DNA from: Candidatus Fimenecus sp.
GTDB taxonomy: Bacteria; Bacillota; Clostridia; Oscillospirales; Acutalibacteraceae
DNA length: 32,000 nt
Assembly: GCA_045531435.1 (NCBI GenBank)
Contig: JAZSDZ010000080.1
Coordinates: 2,807-34,806, forward strand
Direction of reading: 5' to 3'
Shown: positions 8,380 through 17,784 of the stretch, one piece after another
Position numbering within the stretch: position 1 is the stretch's first letter
Layout: each line of letters begins with the position of its first letter
Translations under genes and position numbers: made by a program
Notes under the pieces: model-generated
What the model saw: the letters and a program-made list of their open reading frames with translations, nothing else
What the model was told of the DNA's origin: nothing
Databases searched by the model: none

Positions 8380-9627
8380 ATGACTAAAGTTGCTGTAATC
8401 GGTGGCGGTGCATCAGGACTTGCCTGTGCAATTGAGATTATGCATACCGTAATAGATAGGGAAGATGTTAAGGTTACTGTTTTTGAAAAGCTTTCACGAA
8501 TCGGAAAAAAGATTTTAGTGACAGGTAACGGCAGATGCAACCTTACAAATATGAATGCAACAGAAACGGGATATCGTGGTGATGTACCTTTTTCTGTTTA
8601 TGCTCTTAATAAATATACGCCTGAGAATAATATAGAGTTTTTTAATGGCTTGGGTTTGTTCACAAGAGTGGAGGATGAGGGTAGGGTATATCCGCTTTCG
8701 AATCAGGCATCTTCTGTCCTTGATGTGCTCAGGTTTGAGTGTACCCGTCTTGGCATTGAAGTTGTCTGTGACTATAATGCAATGCATTTAAAATCTGTTT
8801 TTAATGGTGTTGTAAATAAACTTGTAATCAACAATCGTGACCGATTTGACTATGTTGTTGTAGCTGCAGGAGGAAAAGCAGCAAAGGTTCACGGTACAGA
8901 CGGAGATTCATACGAACTTCTTAAAATGATGGGGCATAAAATAACACCTGTAGCGCCTGCACTTGTATCACTTAATTGTGAGAATTTTACAAAAGCACTT
9001 AAAGGTGTTCGTTCAATATGCAGAATGGACTTAATTATAGATGGCAAGAAAGCGCTTGAAAATTATGGTGAAGTGCAATTTACAGACTATGGACTTTCAG
9101 GAATTCCTATTATGCAGTTGTCACGATTTGTGTCAATGTCACCATCAAATAACATTTATATAAATCTTGATATGACACCTGATTTTACTGCAGAAAAAAT
9201 GGAAAACTACCTGTTTGATCGTCGTGAATGTGGCACAGGTATTTGTGAAAATATTCTTATTGGTGTTATGAACAAACAACTTTGCATAACATTATTAAAG
9301 GAATGTGGAATCGCACCAAACTGTAAAATCAGCGAATTAAGTGACAATGAAATAATCAAACTTGCCTCCATTTGCAAATGTTGGAAAATCAAAGTTAAAA
9401 CTGCTCGTGGTTTTGATTTTGCACAGGTTACGGCAGGTGGGGTTGATTGCTCACAGTTTGATAGTGAAACTATGGAGTCAAACCTTGTCAACAACTTATT
9501 CTGTTGTGGTGAGGCTTATGATATTGACGGTGATTGTGGTGGATATAATCTGCAATGGGCATGGAGTTCAGGCCGTTTAGCAGGGAATACCATTGCTGAA
9601 AGGATTAACAATGCTCAGAATCAGTGA
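8380..9627 (+). CDS. HI0933/BaiN-family NAD(P)/FAD-dependent flavoprotein
   Basis: VAVIGGGASGLACAIE Rossmann motif and the family signature ILVTGNGRCNLTN. It starts 4 nt after the repressor stop. Confidence 0.8.
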   Translation: MTKVAVIGGGASGLACAIEIMHTVIDREDVKVTVFEKLSRIGKKILVTGNGRCNLTNMNATETGYRGDVPFSVYALNKYTPENNIEFFNGLGLFTRVEDEGRVYPLSNQASSVLDVLRFECTRLGIEVVCDYNAMHLKSVFNGVVNKLVINNRDRFDYVVVAAGGKAAKVHGTDGDSYELLKMMGHKITPVAPALVSLNCENFTKALKGVRSICRMDLIIDGKKALENYGEVQFTDYGLSGIPIMQLSRFVSMSPSNNIYINLDMTPDFTAEKMENYLFDRRECGTGICENILIGVMNKQLCITLLKECGIAPNCKISELSDNEIIKLASICKCWKIKVKTARGFDFAQVTAGGVDCSQFDSETMESNLVNNLFCCGEAYDIDGDCGGYNLQWAWSSGRLAGNTIAERINNAQNQ

Positions 9628-11206
9628 AATTAAACTTTCTCTTGATGCAAATTTTCAGGATATTGAGGAAGCTGCATCAAAAACATTAAAACTCAATAAA
9701 AAAAGAATTCTGAAAACAGAGATATTCAAACAGAGTGTTGATTGTCGAAAAGGTGAGGTTAATTTTGTTTATACTGTGGATGTTACCATTGATGGTGATG
9801 AGGATAAGGTTTTAGAGAGTCTTAATAACAATCGTGTTATCAAGATTCAGAAATATGAGTATCATATGCCACAATCCAACAGAAAAAGCACTTTGCCACC
9901 TGTTGTTGCGGGATTCGGACCTGCAGGTATGTTTGCAGCGTTGATTCTTGCCCGTAGTGGTCATTGTCCTATTGTGGTTGAACGAGGCAGAGATATTGAT
10001 TCTCGTACAGAAGATGTCAATAAATTCTGGACAAACAAAATTCTTGACGAAACATCAAACATCCAGTATGGTGAAGGTGGTGCAGGAACTTTTTCTGACG
10101 GAAAACTGACAACAGGAATAAAGGACAGTCGTTGCCGTTTTGTTTTTGAGGAATTTGTCCGTCACGGTGCACCAGAGGATATATTGACAAATGCGAAGCC
10201 CCACATTGGTACTGACAAACTCAAGAAAACAGTTAAAAATATCCGTGAGGATATTATATCTCTTGGTGGTACAATCCTTTTTGAAACGCAACTTACAAAT
10301 ATTATTGTTGCGAATAAAGTTATTCACGGTGTAACTGTAAGGGATAAATATGGCAAGGAAAGAGATATTGAAACGGATGCATTAATTTTGTCAATCGGTC
10401 ATTCGGCAAGAGATACTATTGAAATGCTCTACGGCAAAGGTATTAATATGATGCAAAAGCCGTTTTCGGTAGGTGCAAGAATTGAGCATCCGCAAGAATA
10501 CATTAATACAGTTCAGTATGGTGAATTTAAAAATCATCCTAAACTTAAAGCGGCAGATTATAAACTTGCGTGTCATCCACCACACGGCAGAGGCGCATAT
10601 ACATTCTGTATGTGTCCTGGCGGTACGGTTGTGTGTGCATCGTCACATAAAGGTGGAGTTGTTACAAATGGTATGAGCGAATTTGCACGAGATAAGGAAA
10701 ATGCAAATTCTGCTATATTGGTGGGCGTTGAACCGATTGATTTCCCTACAGAACATCCACTTTCAGGATTTGCTTTGCAACAGGAAATCGAAGAAAAAGC
10801 ATTTAAAATGGGTGGCAGTGACTATTCTGCTCCCACAACACTTGTAGGAGATTTTCTTAAATGTGAAAAATCTACTAAACTCGGTTCAGTAAAGCCATCG
10901 TTTACAACGGGTGTTACACTGGGTGACATAAGTGAGGTATTGCCACAAAAGGTTGTTAATACTATGCGCGATGCATTGGTGCAGATGGATAAAAAGCTTA
11001 AGGGATTCGCTATGAATGATGCAGTGCTTACTGCACCTGAAACCAGAAGCTCATCTCCTGTGCGAATTATTCGTGATGAATTCTATCAGACTAATATAAG
11101 AGGACTTTATCCTTGTGGTGAAGGTGCGGGATATGCAGGAGGAATTGTTTCTGCAGGTGTTGACGGTGTAAAATGTGCTGAGGCTGTACTTTCTGATGTT
11201 ATGTAA
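9611..11206 (+). CDS. FAD-dependent dehydrogenase (COG2509-like uncharacterised flavoprotein)
   Basis: MLRISEIKLSLD-type N-terminus, Rossmann motif VVAGFGPAGMFAALILARSG, C-terminal CGEGAGYAGGIVSAGVDG. The ATG at 9611 (GAAAGGA RBS) overlaps the upstream gene by 17 nt. Confidence 0.75.
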   Translation: MLRISEIKLSLDANFQDIEEAASKTLKLNKKRILKTEIFKQSVDCRKGEVNFVYTVDVTIDGDEDKVLESLNNNRVIKIQKYEYHMPQSNRKSTLPPVVAGFGPAGMFAALILARSGHCPIVVERGRDIDSRTEDVNKFWTNKILDETSNIQYGEGGAGTFSDGKLTTGIKDSRCRFVFEEFVRHGAPEDILTNAKPHIGTDKLKKTVKNIREDIISLGGTILFETQLTNIIVANKVIHGVTVRDKYGKERDIETDALILSIGHSARDTIEMLYGKGINMMQKPFSVGARIEHPQEYINTVQYGEFKNHPKLKAADYKLACHPPHGRGAYTFCMCPGGTVVCASSHKGGVVTNGMSEFARDKENANSAILVGVEPIDFPTEHPLSGFALQQEIEEKAFKMGGSDYSAPTTLVGDFLKCEKSTKLGSVKPSFTTGVTLGDISEVLPQKVVNTMRDALVQMDKKLKGFAMNDAVLTAPETRSSSPVRIIRDEFYQTNIRGLYPCGEGAGYAGGIVSAGVDGVKCAEAVLSDVM

Positions 11207-11284
11207 TAAAGATGTAATTTGACAATAAAATACAGTGTGATATAGTATAATGTTAGAATAGATTTTTAAGAAAGGGGATATATT

Positions 11285-12964
11285 ATGAACTATGATAATC
11301 TTTGTATGGGTTGTATGAGCGAATTAGATGGTCATAAACAATGTCCGAATTGTGGACATTATGTTGATTCTCCACAGATATCACCCTATTTACCATTCCG
11401 AACACCAATTGGTGGTAAATATGTTGTGGGGAAAGTTATTTCTTCAAACAGCGAAGGCATCTCATATATTGCTTATGATGTTGACAAAAGGTCAGCAGTA
11501 GTTATAAGAGAATTTTTCCCTGAAAAATTTGTTGAAAGACAAAATGATAAAAAGTCAATAAAAACAATTGAAGGTTATGAAGATTTGTATTATTCTCTAT
11601 TGAATGATTTTCTTGATATGTGGCGTAATATTGCAAGAATCAGAGGATTTTCAGCACTTATTCCTGTTATTGATATTGTTGAGGAAAACAACACAGCGTA
11701 TGCTGTTACGGAATATATTGAAAGCATCACATTAAGAGAATTTCTTTTGCGAAGCAAGACGGGATATCTTAACTGGGAAAAGGCCAGCTCATTATTTATG
11801 CCGGTGCTTTCATTACTATCAAATCTTCATAATGTGGGCATCATTCATTATGGTATAAGTCCTGATACATTACTTATTGGTCGTGACGGAAAACTCCGTC
11901 TGTCAGGCTTTTGTATTCCACAGGTTAGATTTGAGAAAAACAGACTTGCACCTGAAATATTTGACGGATACGCACCGCTTGAGCAATACGGATATTCATT
12001 AGGTAGTGGTGAATGGTCTGATGTGTATGCGTTTTGTTCTGTTATATACAGAGCGTTGGTCGGAAGTGTGCCACAGGACGCAGTTTCCCGTTCAACAAAT
12101 GATAAACTTATAATTCCTGCGAGATATGCTGAAATTATTCCTGTCTATGTAATAAACGCGTTGATGAATGGGTTACAGGTTGACCCACAGGAAAGAACAA
12201 AGGATATTGAAGCACTTCGCGAGGAACTTTCCGCTACACCATCCAATGTGGTTTCTTCTTATTCGGGAATGAATGTCAATCGTGACGATAAAAAAGATGC
12301 TCCGGTTGTGGTTACATACGATGATGAGTCACCGTGGCAGATTATACTTAAAACTTTCCTTATTATTCTTGGCGTAGGCTTGATTGGATTTGCCGGTTGG
12401 ATGGTTTATGACAAGGTTATAAATGCTCCCGAAGAAAATTCTGTTGAGGATGTAACCGAAGAAGCAGAAATGATTGAAGTTCCTAATTTTGTCAATACAT
12501 CCTACGACCTTATTGCACAGAATCCTGTTCAGAATGACAGATTTACAATCAAGTCTGTATCGGAGTATAGTACAGAAATTGAAAAAGGTTATATAGTTTC
12601 ACAAAGTATTGAACCGGGAACAATGATTGAAAAGGGCAGTGAAATTGTTTTTGTAATCAGTAAAGGTCCTGAATATGTTGTTGTTCCGCAAGTTGTAGAT
12701 ATGGACGCAGATACAGCGAAGATACAACTTGAAGAATTGGGATTTGTTGTAAAGATTATTGAAAAAACAAACGATGGAAGTCATACAGCAAACACAGTAG
12801 CTGAGATTTCAGCTGAAGTTGGCGTGGGTCTGATAAAGGGTAGTGAAATTCAGATGTATGTCTGGGGTGAAGAACCGGAAAATGACTTTGATTGGATTTT
12901 TGGTGATGATAACAGTGCAACACCAGGCATTGATTTTGATGGAATTTTTGATTTATTCAGATAA
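11285..12964 (+). CDS. Zinc-ribbon / degenerate Ser-Thr kinase-like domain / TM / two PASTA domains (predicted pseudokinase)
   Basis: N-terminal CMGC...CPNC zinc ribbon. The Hanks-kinase fold is recognisable (APE-like YAPLEQ, SDVYAFCSVIYRAL). Catalytic positions are replaced: the VAIK Lys is Arg (VVIREF), HRDxKxxN reads HYGISPDT, and DFG reads SGF. One TM helix (ILKTFLIILGVGLIGFAGWMVY), then two PASTA-like repeats. Confidence 0.75.
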   Translation: MNYDNLCMGCMSELDGHKQCPNCGHYVDSPQISPYLPFRTPIGGKYVVGKVISSNSEGISYIAYDVDKRSAVVIREFFPEKFVERQNDKKSIKTIEGYEDLYYSLLNDFLDMWRNIARIRGFSALIPVIDIVEENNTAYAVTEYIESITLREFLLRSKTGYLNWEKASSLFMPVLSLLSNLHNVGIIHYGISPDTLLIGRDGKLRLSGFCIPQVRFEKNRLAPEIFDGYAPLEQYGYSLGSGEWSDVYAFCSVIYRALVGSVPQDAVSRSTNDKLIIPARYAEIIPVYVINALMNGLQVDPQERTKDIEALREELSATPSNVVSSYSGMNVNRDDKKDAPVVVTYDDESPWQIILKTFLIILGVGLIGFAGWMVYDKVINAPEENSVEDVTEEAEMIEVPNFVNTSYDLIAQNPVQNDRFTIKSVSEYSTEIEKGYIVSQSIEPGTMIEKGSEIVFVISKGPEYVVVPQVVDMDADTAKIQLEELGFVVKIIEKTNDGSHTANTVAEISAEVGVGLIKGSEIQMYVWGEEPENDFDWIFGDDNSATPGIDFDGIFDLFR

Positions 12965-13000
12965 AAAATATGAGGTATCAATCGATACCTCATATTTTTT
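12963..13000. terminator. Bidirectional rho-independent terminator between convergent genes
   Basis: ATATGAGGTATC-aatc-GATACCTCATAT (12-bp stem) flanked by an A-run and TTTTTT. Confidence 0.85.
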
Positions 13001-13007
13001 ATGTGCT

Positions 13008-15167
13008 TTATGAAATTGTGATGTAATCCATAGGGTTTATTATAATACCGTTTACTGTTACACTTTCGTTTGTGTAATTTACATAGGTTTTGATACTGTT
13101 ATCATATTCCGTGCAGAAAACACCATCTTGAATTTTATAGTGAGATGTCATTCTGGCATCTCTTAATTCTGCGAACGATGCATTTGCTTTAATATAATGG
13201 AGAACAATATCATTTATATTGTTGTCATAGTAATACTTTTCGTCAATTGCTTTATCAAATGTGGAGCAGTACCAATCTGCACTTGGCAGACAACCATATT
13301 CAACTGATTTTAAAAATGCAGAATTAAGGTCTTGAACGGTGTTTGCACCGATTGCACTATATTCGACGATTCCATGAAGCAACATCTGTACAAAAGGAAT
13401 GCTTTCATAAGCAGAATTTTCTACACGTGCAAAAGTTGAAACGGGGATATTTGATACAATGTCAGCGTTTTTTAATGAGTAGAAATTTCCTGTATCAACC
13501 ATAAGTAATTTTGATGTAGATAAAACAGAAATCTGTGAAAATAGCTCGGATTCTGCGAGTGACCTTGAATATGAGTCGTGGGAATAGTCAGAGTAGAGAT
13601 ATCTTCCCGCATCATTAAGACAATAACCGTCAAAAGATATTTTTTCTGAATCAGCCAGAATGTTTTCGACTGCATTTTCAAGTTTTCCTATTTTTAGGAA
13701 TTCCTGTGATGCAGTGCTACAGGGGAATGAGTAGGTGTTTTTATCCACAATCCACTTTTTATTTATTGATAAAGCACCGGACAAACTATTGTCATAGGTT
13801 AGAATATCTGTATCAATAAACAACGAGAATTTCTGGCTACTCAAATATGTGTATAACTCATTATAGTCTGACTTGTTGCCGAGAGTACCATTAAGAGAGT
13901 CAAAATCGGACTTGTTACCATTGTTAGCATTATCATAAAGTCCGTTGTAACGAAGATAAACATTGTTGACACCTTTAGCTTTTAAAAGTGTCATAAGTGA
14001 AAGTGTCTGCTTATAATTTGAAAGTTTGTGGTATTTTCCTTTAGCATCAACATATCCGCCTTGAAGAGATACAACCATAGGAAGATATTCAGAATCCACA
14101 TTCACAGATTTTGTTGACAAAACAGAATTTCTAATAAGGTTTTCACGACAAGCAGTAGCCATACCTGAATATGTTGCCGATTTCCCTGAAAGGAATCGAT
14201 AGCATAGTTTAATTGCGCTTGCATATGGTGTGCTTTGTACTTTTTCAGAATACACATCAGTTATTTTAAAACTTGCATTAACACTGTTGAGTGAAGCGTC
14301 ATTGTTACGATTTGCATTGATTTTCGCAATTTCTTCACCTTCCTCAATAATGCAAAGAAATGCACTATCATTATGCTTTATACCGAATGCACCAATCAAG
14401 CATCGTGTACCATTTCTGTTATCTGTTGTTGCAACATCTTCTCCATAAACGGTAAGTGAAATTGGTGAAAAATCGGCATCATCAACACCTGTTTTAATGA
14501 TTGCACCGCATCCGTCGGGGACAAAAATATAGTCATCTACGTCACTGTTTTCATATGCACCAAAATCGTTGAGAAATGTAATATCCTCAAGGTAAATGCC
14601 TTCGGGAAGCCAAATCTGATTCATACTCATATATACATAGAATGAACCGTCCTGCAACGTGTAAAGAACTGTTAAATCTGCGCGGATATCATCACTATTT
14701 AAGTTGTTCCTCTTTTTTGCACCTGTTTCTTTATCAAGTGCCATAGAGTAGGTTACAGAGACACCATCAACAGATGATGTGTATTCAAAATTTCTGAAAG
14801 CAACAGCGTTATCCTGTGAGTTAAGTGTATAAATTTTATTTCCACCATCTGAAAGCTTTATTTCAATAGCAGAACTTAAAAGCTTTTTAGTAACCACTTT
14901 TTCAGGAAGAGTTGTCCATACAGTACCGGAATTAGTGTCGTGGATAGCAACGGTTGCAGTGTTTTTATCAAAAAGCATTTCGATAAGTCCGGATTTTGAA
15001 ACAACCTGAAAGTCAGATATATCTGCAGTGTGGAGTGCCTTACCTGAATATACAGTATCTACATACTCCAAATTTTCAAATCTGTTGATATCTGTGACAC
15101 AAGAAGTAAGCAATATGGAAATCAGACAGATGATTGATACTATTTTTATATAAAATGTTTTTTTCAT
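13008..15167 (-). CDS. Large secreted lipoprotein of unknown function (719 aa)
   Basis: Start moved to MKKTFYIKIVSIICLISILLTSC, with a GGAGAG RBS and a lipobox LLTSC giving a lipidated Cys. I recognise no catalytic motif. It may belong to a DUF-type family found in Firmicutes, which I could not verify. Confidence 0.7.
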   Translation of the reverse strand: MKKTFYIKIVSIICLISILLTSCVTDINRFENLEYVDTVYSGKALHTADISDFQVVSKSGLIEMLFDKNTATVAIHDTNSGTVWTTLPEKVVTKKLLSSAIEIKLSDGGNKIYTLNSQDNAVAFRNFEYTSSVDGVSVTYSMALDKETGAKKRNNLNSDDIRADLTVLYTLQDGSFYVYMSMNQIWLPEGIYLEDITFLNDFGAYENSDVDDYIFVPDGCGAIIKTGVDDADFSPISLTVYGEDVATTDNRNGTRCLIGAFGIKHNDSAFLCIIEEGEEIAKINANRNNDASLNSVNASFKITDVYSEKVQSTPYASAIKLCYRFLSGKSATYSGMATACRENLIRNSVLSTKSVNVDSEYLPMVVSLQGGYVDAKGKYHKLSNYKQTLSLMTLLKAKGVNNVYLRYNGLYDNANNGNKSDFDSLNGTLGNKSDYNELYTYLSSQKFSLFIDTDILTYDNSLSGALSINKKWIVDKNTYSFPCSTASQEFLKIGKLENAVENILADSEKISFDGYCLNDAGRYLYSDYSHDSYSRSLAESELFSQISVLSTSKLLMVDTGNFYSLKNADIVSNIPVSTFARVENSAYESIPFVQMLLHGIVEYSAIGANTVQDLNSAFLKSVEYGCLPSADWYCSTFDKAIDEKYYYDNNINDIVLHYIKANASFAELRDARMTSHYKIQDGVFCTEYDNSIKTYVNYTNESVTVNGIIINPMDYITIS

Positions 15168-15245
15168 ATTTTCTCTCCAAAAATAAAAATATGGTGGAAT
15201 ACTTTCTTTGTATTCTACCATACATTTATAAAAATATCAAATTTT

Positions 15246-15896
15246 TCATCCTGTAAGTTTCTTTCGCATATTCTGGAGAATGGTTTTTTCCTTTCTTGAA
15301 ACCTGAACTTGTGAAATGCCAAGTATATCTGCAGTTCTGCTTTGTGTATAGCCTCGAAAAAATCGTAGCTCAATTAATTGTCTGTCCTTTGGTGGTAAAG
15401 TATCAAGCACTTGATGAATAGATATTTTGTTATCAATTGGTGTGTATTCATCTTCTGTTGGTATATCAATCTGTTTATTATCATCGTCTTCTGCTGTAAG
15501 AGATTTTACAGGCTGTAAAACACATATTAGTTGTGCAGTTTCTGAAATAGAGATATTCATCATTTCGGAAAGTTCGGAAACTGTAGGTTCGACACCGTTT
15601 TCTTTTTCGTACTGTTCTTTTATAATTGCCAATGTACGAGCCTTTTCTTTAAGGCTTCTGCTTATTTTTATAGCACCATCATCACGGAAAATTCTTTTTA
15701 TTTCGCCTAAAATTGATGGTACAGCATAAGTTGAAAAAGCAAAACCTAATTCTTCACGAAATCCGTCAGCGGCTTTAATAAGTCCAACACAACCTGCTGA
15801 GTATAAATCTTCATAATCAACACCTTTGCCAATAAATCGGGAAGCACAGCTTCCCACAAGTCCAAGATTCTGAAGTATTAATTGGTCTCGTGTCAT
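15246..15896 (-). CDS. sigF: Sporulation sigma factor SigF
   Basis: Sigma-70 regions 2-4 (DLYSAGCVGLIKAADGF, FSTYAVPSILGEIKRIFRDDG, C-terminal HTH YTQSRTADILGISQVQVSRKEK). It sits directly after spoIIAA-spoIIAB, with an overlapping stop/start. Confidence 0.9.
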   Translation of the reverse strand: MTRDQLILQNLGLVGSCASRFIGKGVDYEDLYSAGCVGLIKAADGFREELGFAFSTYAVPSILGEIKRIFRDDGAIKISRSLKEKARTLAIIKEQYEKENGVEPTVSELSEMMNISISETAQLICVLQPVKSLTAEDDDNKQIDIPTEDEYTPIDNKISIHQVLDTLPPKDRQLIELRFFRGYTQSRTADILGISQVQVSRKEKTILQNMRKKLTG

Positions 15897-16324
15897 TTTC
15901 TGCGTCCTTGTATTGTTTTGTAAAGAGTTACAGTTGTACCTGAATTGACCTTTGAACGAATAGTCAGCTTGTCCATAAAGCTTTCCATAACAGAAAAACC
16001 AAGTCCGGCACGGTCACCACCGAGAGTGGTGAAAAGTGGTTCACGGGCTTTGTTGATGTCAGGAATTCCACAACCCTTGTCACGGATTGAAATAATAACC
16101 TTGCCGTTATCGTGAATTTTTACTGTTATGTATATTTTACCAAGAGTATTTTTATATCCGTGAACAATACAGTTTGTGACAGCCTCACTGACTGCAGTTT
16201 TTATGTCGTTGATTTCTTCAACAGTAGGGTCTAATTGTGCGGTAAATACAGCAACAACTGTTCGCGAAAAACTTTCGTTGACAGAACGACTGTCAACAGT
16301 CATTTTCAATTCATTTATTACCAT
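15893..16324 (-). CDS. spoIIAB: Anti-sigma F factor / SpoIIAA kinase SpoIIAB
   Basis: HATPase N-box EAVTNCIVHGY, G1 DKGCGI, G2 GLGFSVM. 143 aa, with AGGAGG 7 nt upstream of the ATG. Confidence 0.9.
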   Translation of the reverse strand: MVINELKMTVDSRSVNESFSRTVVAVFTAQLDPTVEEINDIKTAVSEAVTNCIVHGYKNTLGKIYITVKIHDNGKVIISIRDKGCGIPDINKAREPLFTTLGGDRAGLGFSVMESFMDKLTIRSKVNSGTTVTLYKTIQGRRK

Positions 16325-16646
16325 TTTTGTTTCCTCCTCGTTTTATGGTTGCAATTCTGTCAAGCCCTGCAAGTCGCATGACCTTGTATGAATTGCTTGA
16401 AAGTCCCGTTACTTCAAGTTGACCACCAAACTCGTTCAATAGTTTGTATCGTCCCATAACAAGCCCTATACCTGAACTGTCCATAAATGTCACATCGGAA
16501 AAATCAAGCACAAGGGTTTTAGGTCTGCAGATTTCAATTTTTTCATCTGTATGCAGACGGATTGAAAGTGCAGTATGATGGTCGATTTCTCCATTTAATC
16601 GGCAATAAAGTGTTTCATCTTTAAAATCTGTTGTTACACTCATCAT
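16311..16646 (-). CDS. spoIIAA: Anti-sigma F factor antagonist SpoIIAA (STAS domain)
   Basis: Phosphorylatable Ser context FMDSSGIGLV. The start is set at MMSVTT, with AGGAGG 5 nt upstream. Confidence 0.88.
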   Translation of the reverse strand: MMSVTTDFKDETLYCRLNGEIDHHTALSIRLHTDEKIEICRPKTLVLDFSDVTFMDSSGIGLVMGRYKLLNEFGGQLEVTGLSSNSYKVMRLAGLDRIATIKRGGNKNGNK

Positions 16647-16695
16647 TTCAACCTCCTTTTTCACTTATTTTACTATTATGAAATTGAAAACATTG

Positions 16696-17676
16696 TCACA
16701 TTATGATTTCTGCTCCTTGATAATAATGTTGCAGTATTTCTTTGTAGCTGAAGCCTTGTTGTGCCATATAATTAGCACCATATTGGCTCATTCCTACACC
16801 ATGCCCGTAGCCATTTACAGTAAAAATAAATTCATCATCCTTATATTCACAGGTGAATGTACTGCTTCTCAAATCAAAAAGCTTTCGTATATCTGTACCT
16901 TTAAATTCTTTTTTGCAAATGGTAATTGTTTTTACCATTCCTGTTTTGGTGTTGTTAATTTTTCCAACCCATTTTTCAGGCTCTTCTTCAAATGAAATTT
17001 CTTCTTTTTTAAAGACTTTGGTAAAATCACTTTTTGAAATCCTGACTTCGGATTGGTAGGCAGGGGATAGCTTGTCACCTGTACTTGCAACAGATACAAG
17101 ATAAGGGTAATTCCCGCCCCAGACATCTGAGGCATTTTCTGTTTTGCCATTTGAAATTGAGTGGAAGATAGCGTTTATGTATTCACCTTTATATTGCAAT
17201 GTACAATTTATAACCTCATCAACACATTTTTCGATTTTTTTGCGATATGTGTCATAGTTGTCCTTCCATTTTTCCTTTTGTTTTTCTTTTGTGAGATATC
17301 CTTGATGGATTTTGCTGTCTCCAGAAATATCAGCACCATCAAGGTCTTTTATATCTTTATCCTTTAGATATAAAAGCAGAGTGTGAGATGCCACAATCTG
17401 TGCTTTTAATGCTTCTTCGTGATAAGATGCGTTCATTTCTTCTGCCACAACACCTATAAGATATTCTCTTAATGAGATTTCAGTAATATCCTTACTGCTG
17501 GCAGACATAACTTTTACGGTAGGAATTGTTTCTTCAATGATGTTGGCTGTCGTAGATATTTCAGTTTCGTCCGAAAATTCCTGTGAAATAAGGTTGTCAG
17601 ACTTGTCTATGGCAATAAGCGGAAAAAGAATCATACTGAGTGCGAGAAAAAAGCATATAAGAGTAAAGTTTTTCAT
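16696..17676 (-). CDS. spoIID: Stage II sporulation protein D (SpoIID lytic transglycosylase family)
   Basis: VVAEEMNASYHEEALKAQIVASHT and GHGVGMSQYGANYMAQQGFSYKEILQHYYQGAEI are family hallmarks. N-terminal signal anchor. I prefer the MKNFTL start at 17676 (GGGAG RBS); the alternative is 17712. Confidence 0.88.
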   Translation of the reverse strand: MKNFTLICFFLALSMILFPLIAIDKSDNLISQEFSDETEISTTANIIEETIPTVKVMSASSKDITEISLREYLIGVVAEEMNASYHEEALKAQIVASHTLLLYLKDKDIKDLDGADISGDSKIHQGYLTKEKQKEKWKDNYDTYRKKIEKCVDEVINCTLQYKGEYINAIFHSISNGKTENASDVWGGNYPYLVSVASTGDKLSPAYQSEVRISKSDFTKVFKKEEISFEEEPEKWVGKINNTKTGMVKTITICKKEFKGTDIRKLFDLRSSTFTCEYKDDEFIFTVNGYGHGVGMSQYGANYMAQQGFSYKEILQHYYQGAEIIM

Positions 17677-17784
17677 TTTTTGTGACTCCCTTTTGTTGAC
17701 TTTGTTTTTCATTTATATTAAAATATACAATGTATAATTATTATCTTGGATACATGTCGAAATTTTCTAATAGGAGGTAAAACA

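Noticed and set aside
15168-15245. A sigma-F/G-type forespore promoter upstream of the lipoprotein gene
   Set aside because: The -10-like GGTAGAATA has a mismatch and I find no convincing -35 element. The same DNA fits a sigma-A TTGATA-17-TAGAAT promoter equally well. I kept it only as a hypothesis within a finding.
17765-17771. A Spo0A box (TGTCGAA) as a standalone regulatory feature
   Set aside because: A single heptamer is expected by chance several times in 32 kb on two strands. It is mentioned only as context.
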